From: the human T2T-CHM13v2.0 reference genome, Homo sapiens
DNA length: 64,000 nucleotides
Assembly (NCBI RefSeq): GCF_009914755.1
Contig: NC_060938.1
Strand: one strand, 5' to 3'
In this document: one piece after another, positions 29,955 to 42,659 of the stretch
Layout: the number at the start of each line of letters is the position of its first letter
Numbering within the stretch: the stretch's first letter is position 1
The notes under the pieces: generated by a model
What the model was told of the DNA's origin: nothing
The model's input: only the letters and a program-made list of their open reading frames with translations
Database searches by the model: none
Made by a program: the position numbers and the translations under genes

Positions 29955-31251
29955 TATCATTGGAGCAGATAATTTTACAAAGCTAAATATATGTGTGTAT
30001 ATATGTATATTTTTAAAAAGTGTATATATTTTTTCTTTTTTCCAGCCCAATTGTAATATTTAATAGGTGATTTTAGAGAGTAAAAGGGTAGTGATGAAAT
30101 TGAATTATTTCAGAGTATTAATAATTTGATAATAGTTATGCTCATAAAAATGGAAACAGTAACCTATTTTACTTTTAGACTTGTACCAGACAGCACAAAG
30201 GAGAAACTATTCCCCAAAGTTACATTACATGTTAATAACATTATATAAACCTATGGGATGTAACTCTAGCCAAAATATTTCTTAAAGTGACAAGAGGAAA
30301 GAGGCCTTTTCATGCACTGGTTTGCATTTATTTTTTTAAAGTGCTTATAGTTCTGACTGGAACTACAATCCTCATATAAAGTTTTGGGATAAATTAAGTA
30401 CACTGATGAAAAATTCTTTCTTATTGTAAAAACCCATTGTCTAAGAATATAGGAAATAACTCCTGTATTCTTAGTCATTCAGAGTCATAATTGAGAGTCA
30501 TAATTCTGTTTAGGAAATGAAAAGGGAGTTTTCAAGTTTTCACATTTACCTATTTCTATAACTTGTTGCTCCATCAGTATATTTTAATACATGAGACATA
30601 TTATATATGTAGTCAATTCATCTTACTTGATTCAGTAGTCATTTATTCACCAGAGGAAAAACATAGCAGCAAATAAGAAAGAAAAGGTTAAATCTTGAAG
30701 CATGAACAATAAACTGCTTTGAGGCCTTAATGTGCTTTAATTTCTCTAAATGCCTAAATAGCCTCTGGTGTACATGCAAGCACAAACTTTAGGTCACATT
30801 TTCATGTTTTGTAAAAGCCCTGGGGTTTGAGCAGTACCACGTGCTTCTGACCCCAGATTCCAGGGACCCAATCTGAGCACTCACTCTGGGCTCCACAAAT
30901 CATAAATCTGCCCTGGGAATTGCTTAGTTAACAACAAGCATTGTTCTGTGAAGTGGGAGTAGGTGAACTTGCCTGATATCCTTTGTTTATGCTCCTTGGG
31001 GTGCTGAAGGCTGTGCATTGTGCAGAAATTTAAGAGTGCACTGAAAGAAAGCCAGCTATTTAATACTAAGGACAAAAACCATATACTCCTTTCTATTTTC
31101 TGTTTACATACAGAAAAGCATTGTTTGAGAAATGCATGTGAGTGAGGTTATCTGGGGTGTCCTGCCCTTAAAACTGTCTGTTCCCACAGTCAAATCCTTA
31201 ATTCTAAAGCCTTAAGAAAGTAGCTTTGTAAAATTATCTGCTCCAATGATA
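29955..31251. repeat. Perfect 31-bp inverted repeat (arms 29955-29985 and 31221-31251)
   Basis: tatcattggagcagataattttacaaagcta is the exact reverse complement of tagctttgtaaaattatctgctccaatgata. Confidence 0.95.
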
Positions 31252-32481
31252 CATAAACTTCATTAATCATTCTTTTTGTTACATAGAATGAACATTGTTT
31301 CCAATAAGTAATTGTGGGAATGGTGTGGGCTTTCAAGGATCTTCATTCCACATGCATATATCCAATACACTAAAGAGAAAATTAAGTTGGTGATACAATT
31401 CGTATCATTTTATTTCCTTCTCATGCCTACAAGCATGCTAAAAAGATTATATGTACTAATGTAGCTGAAAAATGAATCAGACTACTCCAGGGAAGACTGA
31501 GCTGCTACACTGAATGGTGATCTTAAGTTTCTGAGAATTTTATGTAACCAAAATAACTTTTAGAAATGAATATATAACCTCTTTAGCCTGACAAAAAGGT
31601 ATGTTATCAAGGTGATACATCACAGCTTATATAGTATACAACTATGAATTGTGTGGTTAGCAGTTATGAATATATGTGATAGGAAGATTTTCCCTGAACG
31701 TATGTGAGGCTGTATGAGTTCTAGTAACAGAGTTTGTTCACCTGTGGGGAACAGTTGGCACTGGCTCCAGCATCCCAAAGTGGAACCATAGCTCCTGGAG
31801 GGACCTGCAGTGTGTGAGTCTCCGGTGATTATCAACAGTAGCAAAAGTCAGTGCTTTTCAATTTAGGTGAAAGCACTTATCAGTTGCCTTTTTTTCATCC
31901 AATAAATATTCATTGAGGGCCTACTATGTGCATGGCATGATGCTCTGAGCATAGTTTATCAAGAACAATTACTTTCTGTATATTTTGTAAAGTATAACCA
32001 TCTCTTTTTCAGATACCTTTTCCTATTGAGAGGTTATCTGACTTTATTTTTCTAATGAATTTCAAAGATTCAGTTTAATTTGCTAAGTAGTATCATTCTT
32101 GATGTCAGAACTCAGTGTAGATTAAAAACCATGTCTTTTCTTCAGTCTGTGTAAAGGAGAGAACTGAGAGGCAAAGATAGAAAGTTTAAAGTGGAGCTAA
32201 GACCTCGACTCAGCACTCTGGGTCAAGAATGCAGAAGGTAATCTATAAAGTCACTCTTTGCCCTCTCTGTAAGGATTTATCTGGACTCTTAATAAGCTTT
32301 TCCCCCAAATCTGGTGTTGTGCATATTCCATACTGTATGAAATTTGAACTAAGGTATCTTCCTACTATGGAGAAATGGAAGTCGTAAGTAGAGTTCATTA
32401 AAACCACACAGAAGTTTGGGCAAAACATTGCAGAGCAGGTTTAAATCAAAACAAAATTAACTCATTCATTAATTTGACAAA

Positions 32482-32699
32482 TTTTTTTTTTTTTTTTTTT
32501 TGAGATAGGGTCTCATTCCCATTGCCCAGACTGGAGTGCAGTGACATGATCTTGGCTCACTGCAGCCACAGCTTCTTGGCTCAGGTGATTCTCCCACCTC
32601 AGCCTCCTGAGTCACTGGGACTACTGGGGTGGGGCACCATGCCCAGCTGATTTTTTGTACTTTTAGTGGAGACAAGGTTTCACCATGTTGCCCAGGCTG
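32482..32699 (-). mobile_element. 5'-truncated antisense Alu nested in an L2 3' end
   Basis: T-tail, right monomer and part of the left monomer; TSD aatttgacaaa at 32471-32481 and 32700-32710. Confidence 0.92.
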
Positions 32700-33189
32700 A
32701 ATTTGACAAACATTTTAAAGTACCTTCTATATGTCAGGCTCTATGAAGTGCAGAGATTAAAATGGTGGAAATGAAATGGTTCCTACATTTCAGAAGCTCA
32801 CAGTTTGTTAGGAGGAACCAGATCTCTGTAAACAGCGTGGAGTAAAGGATTTTAAGTGTCAAGTTAGAAATATGTGTAGGGAAGAGGGGAGGGCTCATTG
32901 AAGGCAGAGCTCAATTCTGACTGTGTCAAGTAGAATTAGAGCAGGTCAGGAAAGACAGCAGAGAGAGAGGGCTCTGGAGATGGTTTTTGAAAGAGGGCTA
33001 GGTCGGCAGAAGTGCTTCTCAATTTAACCTGAAAAACACATATTGAGCACCTACAAAGACATACCACAGTCTCTGCCTTCATTGAATTTACAGTCTAGCA
33101 AGAGAGTGTGGCATGAAGCCGATACTGATCTGTGCAGTGAGAGAGAAGGGGAAATAGAGAATGCTAGGGAACTTAGAGCAAACAGGATG

Positions 33190-33308
33190 AGCTCTCGCAG
33201 GCAGGGCTGCATCTTTCATGTTCACTGCACTCTCTCCAGCATCTGGCGCAGTGCCTGGCAAGTGCTAGGTACCCAGTAAATGAATGGATGCATGAATGAA
33301 TAAATAAA
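33190..33308 (+). mobile_element. L2 3' end
   Basis: gttcactgc...cagtgcctggcaagtgctaggtacccagtaaatgaatggatgcatgaatgaataaat. Confidence 0.75.
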
Positions 33309-33460
33309 ACTGATCTGGGGCTAAAAGGGAGGAAAGGTCTGGAATCATCAGACTGCTTGCTGTTTCATAGGACTGAAGAGGAGGATTGAAGTTAGAGGAG
33401 GTGCGGAAAATAAGGCTTTGGAAGAAGGTGAAGTCCAGAGCCAGAAGTTAATCATTGAAT

Positions 33461-33620
33461 TCATGGTTCTTAACCGAGATAGTGCATCAGGATGACCTGT
33501 GGAGCTTTTAAGTAGAAAAAAGCCAGCCTGCCCGACCCTACTGAAAATTTTGATTCAGTAGGCAGAAGAAGATGATAGTGATTAGGTTCTAATGCTCACC
33601 ACCAGTTGAGAACCATTGCT
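33461..33620. mobile_element. MER5-family remnant (MER5B-like)
   Basis: catggttcttaacc...acctgtggagcttt...tgattcagtagg...agttgagaaccattg. Confidence 0.65.
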
Positions 33621-34140
<520 letters not shown>

Positions 34141-34349
34141 TTGGGCATTAGAGACTTTTAGGTTGACAGTTAATGGAGCATGTGGAGACTAGATGGAGAC
34201 TGAAGCCAGAAAGTATCAGTAAACCTCAGTGGTCCACAGGATGAAGAGAGTGAGGGAGAAGGAACCATTCTGATGCCCCAGTTATTGGCTCAAAGAGAAA
34301 GAAAACAGGAATACTTGGATTCAAATGACTTTGGTGTCATCCAGCATGT

Positions 34350-35070
34350 AATATTTATTTAGCACCTATTAAGTGCAGGCTGTGTTAGGCACTGGGGACA
34401 TAGAGGCAGTGGGACACAAAAGGTGATAGGTATATGGAAATCAGGAAAACCTTCCAGAAGAAGTGTCATGGAGGATGGCCCAGGGTCAGAAATGACAAGG
34501 GTGTTTCTCACAGAGGAGGCAGTGTGTGCAAACAGCCAGAATCACTAAGTGATGCCCAGCATGACTAGATTGGTAGTTTGCAACAATTATCTGCTAACTG
34601 TGTGGAGAACAGATTGGTTAGGCCTAGGCTAGACAGTGCTCAGATAAGAGGCTCTTCCAGTCATTCAAATAAGAAATAGTCCCTGAGCTAAGACAACAGC
34701 AATAGAAACTGAAAGAAGGAAGCTGCATTGACAAACCTTGGTTACTGGGTAGATGGGGTTGTTGAGGGAGGGGCTATTTGAGAATGGACCTCCGTATTTC
34801 AGACTTGGGCACTCTAGGAGACAGATGTGGCATTCACTGAGGAGGGGAATGCAGAGGAAGAATAACAGGGAGGAAAAGCAGAGTATTTGAGACATAGTTC
34901 TTTCCATGGTCTCTGAAGCATCCAAGTAGAAAAACCCAGGAAGCAGAACTGGAGCTCAGAAATGTTTTGGCTTCCTCAGCCAACATTAAGGACAGTGTGG
35001 TAACTATGGGGTAGCAGAGGCTGAGAGAGCCAAGAATTTACCTTGTGGTAAACTATGCCCTCCCTGCCAG
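34350..35070 (-). mobile_element. L2 fragment
   Basis: atatttatttagcacctattaagtgcaggctgtgttaggcactggggacata and purine-rich body. Confidence 0.7.
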
Positions 35071-35399
35071 GTGAACATAACATTGTCTTTAAGGAATGCT
35101 TATTTTAAAACTATAGGTAAGCAGAACATTTTCATTTCAGTTAGAGTTTTTCCTGCTGTAATATGCAAGAATTACAAAATAAAGACTACACCATTGAGAA
35201 TTCCAGGTAGTATCTTGATTGACAGAATTGAGGAGTACGGTTGACTATTATTTTCTCTCTTAAAGCTGTAGGTAAAAAGCTCCTGATCCTAGATATAAGA
35301 TTGCATTGAGTCTGCTCAGATTGCTTCCAACTACACAAATAATGTTTATTTTTAGGGGTAAGTCATGCATTCACTGTAGTCTAATTTCCTAAGAGGAGA

Positions 35400-35630
35400 G
35401 AGAGAAACTAGATTAAAAATTAAGAATAGAATTCAAGTTAGCTCTCTGCTACTTTTTAGCTATGGAACCTTGATTGGGACATTTAACCTCACCAAGATAT
35501 GATATCTCAGTCTATAAAATGAGAATCATTATCCTAGTGTACTTCATGTTTTTTTTTTTTGAGAAAGGAAATGCAATAGTAGGAAAATATCTAAAATACC
35601 TAGAATGCAATAAATAATATGAAAAATCAT
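35400..35630 (+). mobile_element. MIR fragment
   Basis: ttcaagttagctctctgctact...accttg...tttaacctc...tctataaaatgagaat. Confidence 0.55.
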
Positions 35631-35727
35631 TAACGAAATATTTATTTTCCAACTACTGTGTTGCAGACAGTAGTATGAGATGCTAGCAATGAAAAAGATA
35701 CGTAAGACTTAATCTCTATGGTATTCA

Positions 35728-36088
<361 letters not shown>

Positions 36089-36246
36089 TTAAGAAAGGGG
36101 AAAATTTAAGATACAGAGTGTTATGGGAATACTGAGAAGGGCTACCTAATCCAGCCTAGCTGAAAGGGGTCAAGAAGGCTTAGTGGAGGAGGGAACATCT
36201 GAGCTGTCTTAAAGGATGCATAGATTTTAGCCATTAGAAGAGGTCT

Positions 36247-36552
36247 GGCCGGGTGCGGTGGGATTACATGCCTGTAATCCCAGCACTTTGGGAGGCCGAG
36301 GCGGGCGGATCACGAGGTCAGGAGATCGAGACCATCCTGGCCAACATGGTGAAACCCCATCTCTACTAAACATACAAAAAATTAGCCAGGCATGGTGGTG
36401 GGCGCCTGTACTCCCAGCTACTAGGGAGGCTGAGGCAGGAGAATGACATGAACCCTGGAGGCGGAGCTTGCAGTGAGCCAATATCCATGCCATTGCACTC
36501 CAGCCTGGGCGACAGAGCGAGACTCCATCTCAAAAAAAAAAAAAAAAAAAAA
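36247..36552 (+). mobile_element. Full-length AluY-like element
   Basis: gatcacgaggtcaggagatcgagaccatcctgg, gcggagcttgcagtgagc and an A21 tail; TSD aagaggtct on both sides. Confidence 0.93.
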
Positions 36553-36559
36553 GAGGTCT

Positions 36560-37428
36560 GTGCAGTTCAAATGGCTTTTATTCAAGTCAGGCAATAACAA
36601 ATGCTGGCGAGGATGTAAAGCAAAGGGAACCCTCATACACTTGGTGGGAATCTAAATTCGTACAACCACTATGGAGAACAGTTTGGAGGTTCCTCAAAAA
36701 GCTAAAAATAGGGCTACCATACAATCCAGCAATCCCACTGCTGGGCATATACTCCAAAGACAGGAAATCAGTATATGAAAGAAATATCTTTACTCTCATG
36801 TTTGTTGCAGCATTGTTCACAATAGCCAAGCTTTGGAAGCAACTTAAGTGTCCATCAGCAGATGAATGTATAAAGAAAATATAGCACTTATACATGATAG
36901 AGTACTATTCAGCCATAAAAAAGAATGAACTTCTGTCATTTGCAACAACGTGATGGAGCTGGAGGTCATTATGTTAAGTGAAATTCGCCAGGCACAAGAA
37001 GTGAAACATTGCATGGTCTCACTTTATTTTTGGGATCTAAAAATCAGAACAGTTGAAATCATGGAGACAGAGAAGGACAGTTACTAGAGACTGGGAAGGG
37101 GTAGTAGAGCATCAGAGTTGGGGAGGTGTAGATGGTTAATGGGTTAAAATAAAACACAGAGAATGAATAAGACCTAGCGCTTGATAGCACAACAGGGGGG
37201 CTATAGTCAATAATAACTTTATTGTACATTTTAAAATAAAGAAAAGAGTATAATTGGATTGTTTGTAACACAGAGGCTAAATATTGAGAGGATAGATGCC
37301 CAATTTTCCATGATGTGATTATTACTTATTGCACTCCTGTACCATAATATCTCATGTACTCCATAAATATATATACGTACTATGTACCCACAAAAATTAA
37401 AAATAAAAATTTTAAAATAAATTAAAAA
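36560..37428 (+). mobile_element. 5'-truncated L1 (L1MA-like; ORF2 end, 3' UTR and A-rich tail)
   Basis: acaaatgctggcgaggatgt, atccagcaatcccactgctggg, actattcagccataaaaaagaatga and ttgatagcacaacaggg; A-rich tail. Confidence 0.92.
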
Positions 37429-38204
37429 AGTAGAAGAGGGATATGTAGAGGGAGGGAGAGGATTTCAGCCATAAGACAGGAACTAGGTAGGGGGAGTATC
37501 TGAATGTGTTGAAGTTTACTACAAATAGTTTGATGCTGTTGAAGCAGAAGATCATGGAGGTGATTTCTGACTCTGCTTCCTGGAATTAGAAGGATTCCAA
37601 GAGAGTTTTTAGGGACTTCCACTCCTGTGGTGAAGTTCCAGAAGATACCCCAGTCTCATCAGCTGTATGCCTGACTTCCTCTGGCTGTGGATGAAATTGG
37701 GCAATGTCTACAGATAGAGATATAGTTGAGGTTTATGCCTTGTATCTGAGAACACAGGAATAGTTCATCCCTCATCACGCAAGGCTTTAGTATAAATTTT
37801 CTTCCCAAATAGAAACAGTATATACAGGTTAATCCCAAGCACAACAGGCTGAATAAAATGAACTTTAAATTAAAATAGGATTATAGGCTAAAAGTTTGGC
37901 AGGAAAGAGGAGTTCATTTTCTTTTAGGAAAAGAAGTGCCTCTATATGTGTGTGAAAGTATATACAAATATAACATCCCCAAAGAGAAGTGATATTGACA
38001 AGTGAAAACAAATGAATCACGATTTAAAATATCACTTGATTAAAGACCAAATTTGTTTATCTAAATTAATTAAGCAATACGATATGTCAAATGACTTTAA
38101 CCAAATGAGAAGGGATATAATCACCCTGGATTTCCTGCCATGGGGTGATCTTTCTGGTTTTCTGTTGAGCAGCATGCCAAAATATTCATGCTCTGTCATA
38201 CTAA

Positions 38205-38207
<3 letters not shown>

Positions 38208-38248
<41 letters not shown>

Positions 38249-38290
38249 TTCTCTTTTTTTTTTTTCTCTCTCTCTTACAAACACACACAC
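38208..38290. repeat. (TC)16 microsatellite continuing as a polypyrimidine tract and a short (AC)n
   Basis: Directly visible. Confidence 0.9.
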
Positions 38291-38902
38291 TGTGACCATT
38301 TTGAATTTCTACACGGTGGGTATTTTTAGAACACTGCTACATAAAGTGTTTTCTTTTTGGTGCACACCAGCCATAAAATGATGTGCTATTCTTATGTGTG
38401 CCAATGTTGATAACAGTCTCACATATAGATTAAATCACTAGACAACCCAAAGAAATCTTATTTCCATCCTGCATTTCTACTTCCTTCCCTTGACTCTTGC
38501 CTTACCTCAGTCTAATAGAAGATCAGTGTTCAATTCAGGCCCTTTTTGTGCTCTGGAACTGTTAAATAGTAAGGTAACAATGTAGGCTACAGTCAAAAGG
38601 ATTAAAATGTGCCTGGCTGCTTCCTGGATAAATGATATTCTGACCACTATGTAAGTATTTAAATAGGTCTTTCTGGACTAAAACAAACAAAAAAATCTTA
38701 CCAGTAGAAATGTATTCACTTGGGTCATGATATTATTACACCCCTTTAATGTGAAATAACGTTAAATCGATTGTAGACCTAGACTTCGCTAATTTGATGA
38801 CATCCATGCCAAGAGCCAACAAAAGGCAAACCAGAGAGGGAGAAGCATGCTTTTGGGAGAAGTATGACTTCAAAGTTAACAGTGTAGTCAACTGATGAAG
38901 AC

Positions 38903-38971
38903 ATATATATATAATATAGTATATATATAAAATATAGTGTGTATATATATACACACACACCACACACACAC
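38903..38971. repeat. Compound (TA)n/(CA)n low-complexity tract
   Basis: Directly visible. Confidence 0.75.
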
Positions 38972-40873
38972 GTCTTTCATGATAACAATGATCAATTTTT
39001 GTACTGTTTTGGGGAGTTGATGGGACCTATTGATAAAAGGAGAAAGTTGCCGACACGGACAATGAGAAGGCACCTAAAACAAATCTGATTTATTTCATTT
39101 TAGTATACTGAGGTTAGCTCTTTTCTTTAAAATGTATTCCTTTATTCATTTCCCTATCTCCTTCAACAAAGGATCTGAGTCAACTTACAAAAATATTGAC
39201 AGTAAAATAGAATAAATGTTAGACTGAAATAATTTAGGAAAAAGTAAAGTAAGAAAATAAACAAATGTGTATGTTATGTATGTCCTCAAGAAGGGCTATG
39301 ATTTGGCTATGAGCTATCCATACCCAAAGAATAAAATGAAATTTTATCTATCAGAGAATTCATAGTGTCCTATGATTAAAAATAAATCTATATCAGATGA
39401 CGCACAACTTCTTATGCTGTTGAGACCTGAGAGGAATTTCTCCTGTAGTTCTTTAAGGCAGAGACAGGTGTCTGTGATACTACACCCGTGCAAGAGAAGT
39501 CAAATCCCCAAAGCAGTTTTTTGGTGTAGGCTGCAGAAGTGATGTCAAAGCACAATTCAGTAAGAACAGTTCTGTAAGTAACTAAAATCTTGTAGTCCAA
39601 GCATAGCACTCTCTGGGTAGGGTCAGCCTGAATAAAGGATAACTTTTCATGTTAATTGTGCTACCAGGCTTTTGTTAGGATTGGGCAACAGACAATTATT
39701 TACAGGTTGTTGATATATTGCCTATTACATCTTGGAAAACTAGTGAGGCCTAGAATAGGGTAATCCTTTTATGAAATGGTGAACTGCCCAACTCACACCA
39801 GTGTGCCATTAGGTTTGGATCCATTCCCCTCTTAACACACAAATGATAACATAGGACGGTTTATCTTTTAAAAAAATCATCTCTTTGTCTTTTGAAGTAC
39901 ATTTTTCCATTTGTTCTTCCAACTACTGATTTAAAAATTCTTCAGAATGTTTTCTGTTTCCCTGGCTAGAACTTAGTCCAGCATATTATCTAAAAATTTG
40001 GATGAGCCTTTGACTTCCTGATAGTGTAACAGAATCCTCTAAATACACCCAGAAATCTACACTGATGTTTCTAATGTTATAGATTATCTCGTTGGTTAGA
40101 ATTTTTAATGGATTATCTTGGTGCTTTATGCTTTTTATTTCAATAATAGGTGTTGGTGGACAGATGGTCCACGAGAAAGTGGGGCCAGTTATTAACAAGT
40201 TTGTAGGCTTGATTTTATTTTTCTTAGACCTGTTCACATGTACGTAGGTATATATAAAAACTGAGGAAATTACTGCTAGAAAGAACTCCATATTCCTTTT
40301 ATTTATTAATGGCAAAGGCAGGCTGCTTTTCTCATGAGGAAGTTGCTCATGAATTTTCATTCAAAATAGTAAATTAGTGTCCACACTTTCATATGTTTAG
40401 AGTGGAAAGGGATTGTACATGCAACTGTGCATATCAGATTCCATGTCTGGAAAGCTACATTTTATTCTTTGATGATATTATGGTTGGAGATATAACAGGC
40501 ACCACTATTATATCTCCCTTCTGTGCTTATATGACACATGGAGTAGAGGATGATGGGAAATTCTGATCTATTATTAGTATTTTACTTCAGTAAAATACTT
40601 AAACTATATTTTTGCAAGATTTTGTTACCACTCCTTTACGTGTCTTTTTTGAAAGCCAGAGGCAAACTTTCCTAGGCAAATAATGTGAACAGCGAACACT
40701 TAGTGAATATTTGGGGAAGGAATCAATATGCTAAAGAAGCTAGGAAAATTGGATCATTTAATAGAACTCCCAATATAGACAGGTGGTATTTCAGGAACCA
40801 GTCTGGTGTTTTTAGATGTCCTAGTGTGAATTAATATTAAGCATACAAAAGATGTATTCTTAAGTGCCCCAAA

Positions 40874-40875
<2 letters not shown>

Positions 40876-40921
<46 letters not shown>
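40876..40921. repeat. Perfect (AC)23 microsatellite
   Basis: Uninterrupted AC run of 46 bp. Confidence 0.95.
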
Positions 40922-40923
<2 letters not shown>

Positions 40924-41712
40924 TTACTCAGCCTTAAGTAGAAAACCTGTGAGGACTTTTAGTGTTATATATTTTTTTCAACCAATAATTGCTCTATTTT
41001 GATGATTTCTTAATTTGGTTGTCTGTTTTCATCAAAATTCCTTAGTGAGCCCAGTTGAAACCTCATATATTCACACACACACACCTCCCATTGATTTCAC
41101 TTGGGTGAAACTTTATCGTTTAAGCAAAGTTTAAGTTGAAATGTTGAGTTAATGATGCTCACTTTAAATACCAAAGGCTGAATGCATTTATGTATTCAAA
41201 CACTTAGCTAGTCAAATATAACTCCCATCAGGGTTTAGAGGAAGGATTATTTCTTAAACTATGCTGGCCTCACAAGTAATATATTACCATCAAATCTGCA
41301 GAAAAATGATACTAAATAAGGTTGTTAGTATTTTTTTATTTATAAAAGCCCTGGAATCTTTTTTAACCTTAAATAAGGCAAAGTAAAATGGTGGGTAAGA
41401 TGTTATGAAATACTTAGAGCAATTACCCATAGTGCTTCAACCCAAACTTAAAAATAAACACTAAAGAAAAATTTCGCACATCTATTTCTCTATAGCCTTG
41501 TCTGTTTAGATGCTTAAACTATAAAACAAATACATTTATAGTTCTATATTTGTCTAAGAAAAACTGACTTCAAGTTAGAAGACTTTTTCTCCCCATAACA
41601 TGATTAAGCTACCTACATCAGAATGTCCAACTCCTTTATTGTGAACCCATTTAAGATCAAGTGTATGGCAAGTTAAATAAGAAATATCAAAAAGAATACA
41701 TTTTGGTTAAAT

Positions 41713-41772
41713 GTTTGCTTTATAACACTTTCATAGAGTATATATGAGTTTGCTTTATAACACTTTCATAGA
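41713..41772. repeat. 25-bp direct repeat, period 35
   Basis: gtttgctttataacactttcataga at 41713-41737 and 41748-41772. Confidence 0.9.
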
Positions 41773-42347
41773 AAATGTAACATATTCATAGAGTATTACA
41801 ATGGTATCCTAACAGGCCTTTTAACATCTAGGAGCTCACAAATGAGAGTGAATGCATTGACATAAACCCAAGCATAATTACAAAGAAAATTTTATGAGGA
41901 AAGTCCCTCCAAAAGGGACTCATAGTTCTTATATTTGTATTCCTATAAGATTATAAGCTACTCACCACAATTTTAATCACCTCTCTCCCTTCAAAAGAGA
42001 GAGATGAGAGCAGTTGTCATGAGAAATTCAAGAGAAGATCCTGGTTCTGAATTCAGCTGATAGAATCAGCATATTCTCCAAGGGAATATAGAACTGTTAA
42101 CTAGTTCTCCCCTACCCTTGATAAATTCATTTGTTCATGATCTTCTCTGTTTTCCTGCAGAGTAGCTGGAACTTTTCCTGGAGCACATTGTCTTTTATAA
42201 AATCACTCAAAAAACACACCTTTGCAGCTAATATAAATGTAAGAAAGTGAACTCTTTCCTTACTTAAGAAGTTTCCTATAATACTGGGGACATTAAATTG
42301 TGGTCATTTCAGAATCTTTCAAAAGCACCTACAAAGAAATTCAATAA

Positions 42348-42659
<312 letters not shown>

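Noticed and set aside
35345-35363. tttttAG-GG-GTAAGT, a possible 2-nt microexon
   Set aside because: A frameshifting 2-nt exon is implausible; probably a chance donor motif.
36702-36711. Perfect MEF2 motif CTAAAAATAG in a muscle-expressed gene
   Set aside because: It lies in a segment common to many L1 copies, so its presence is expected without function.
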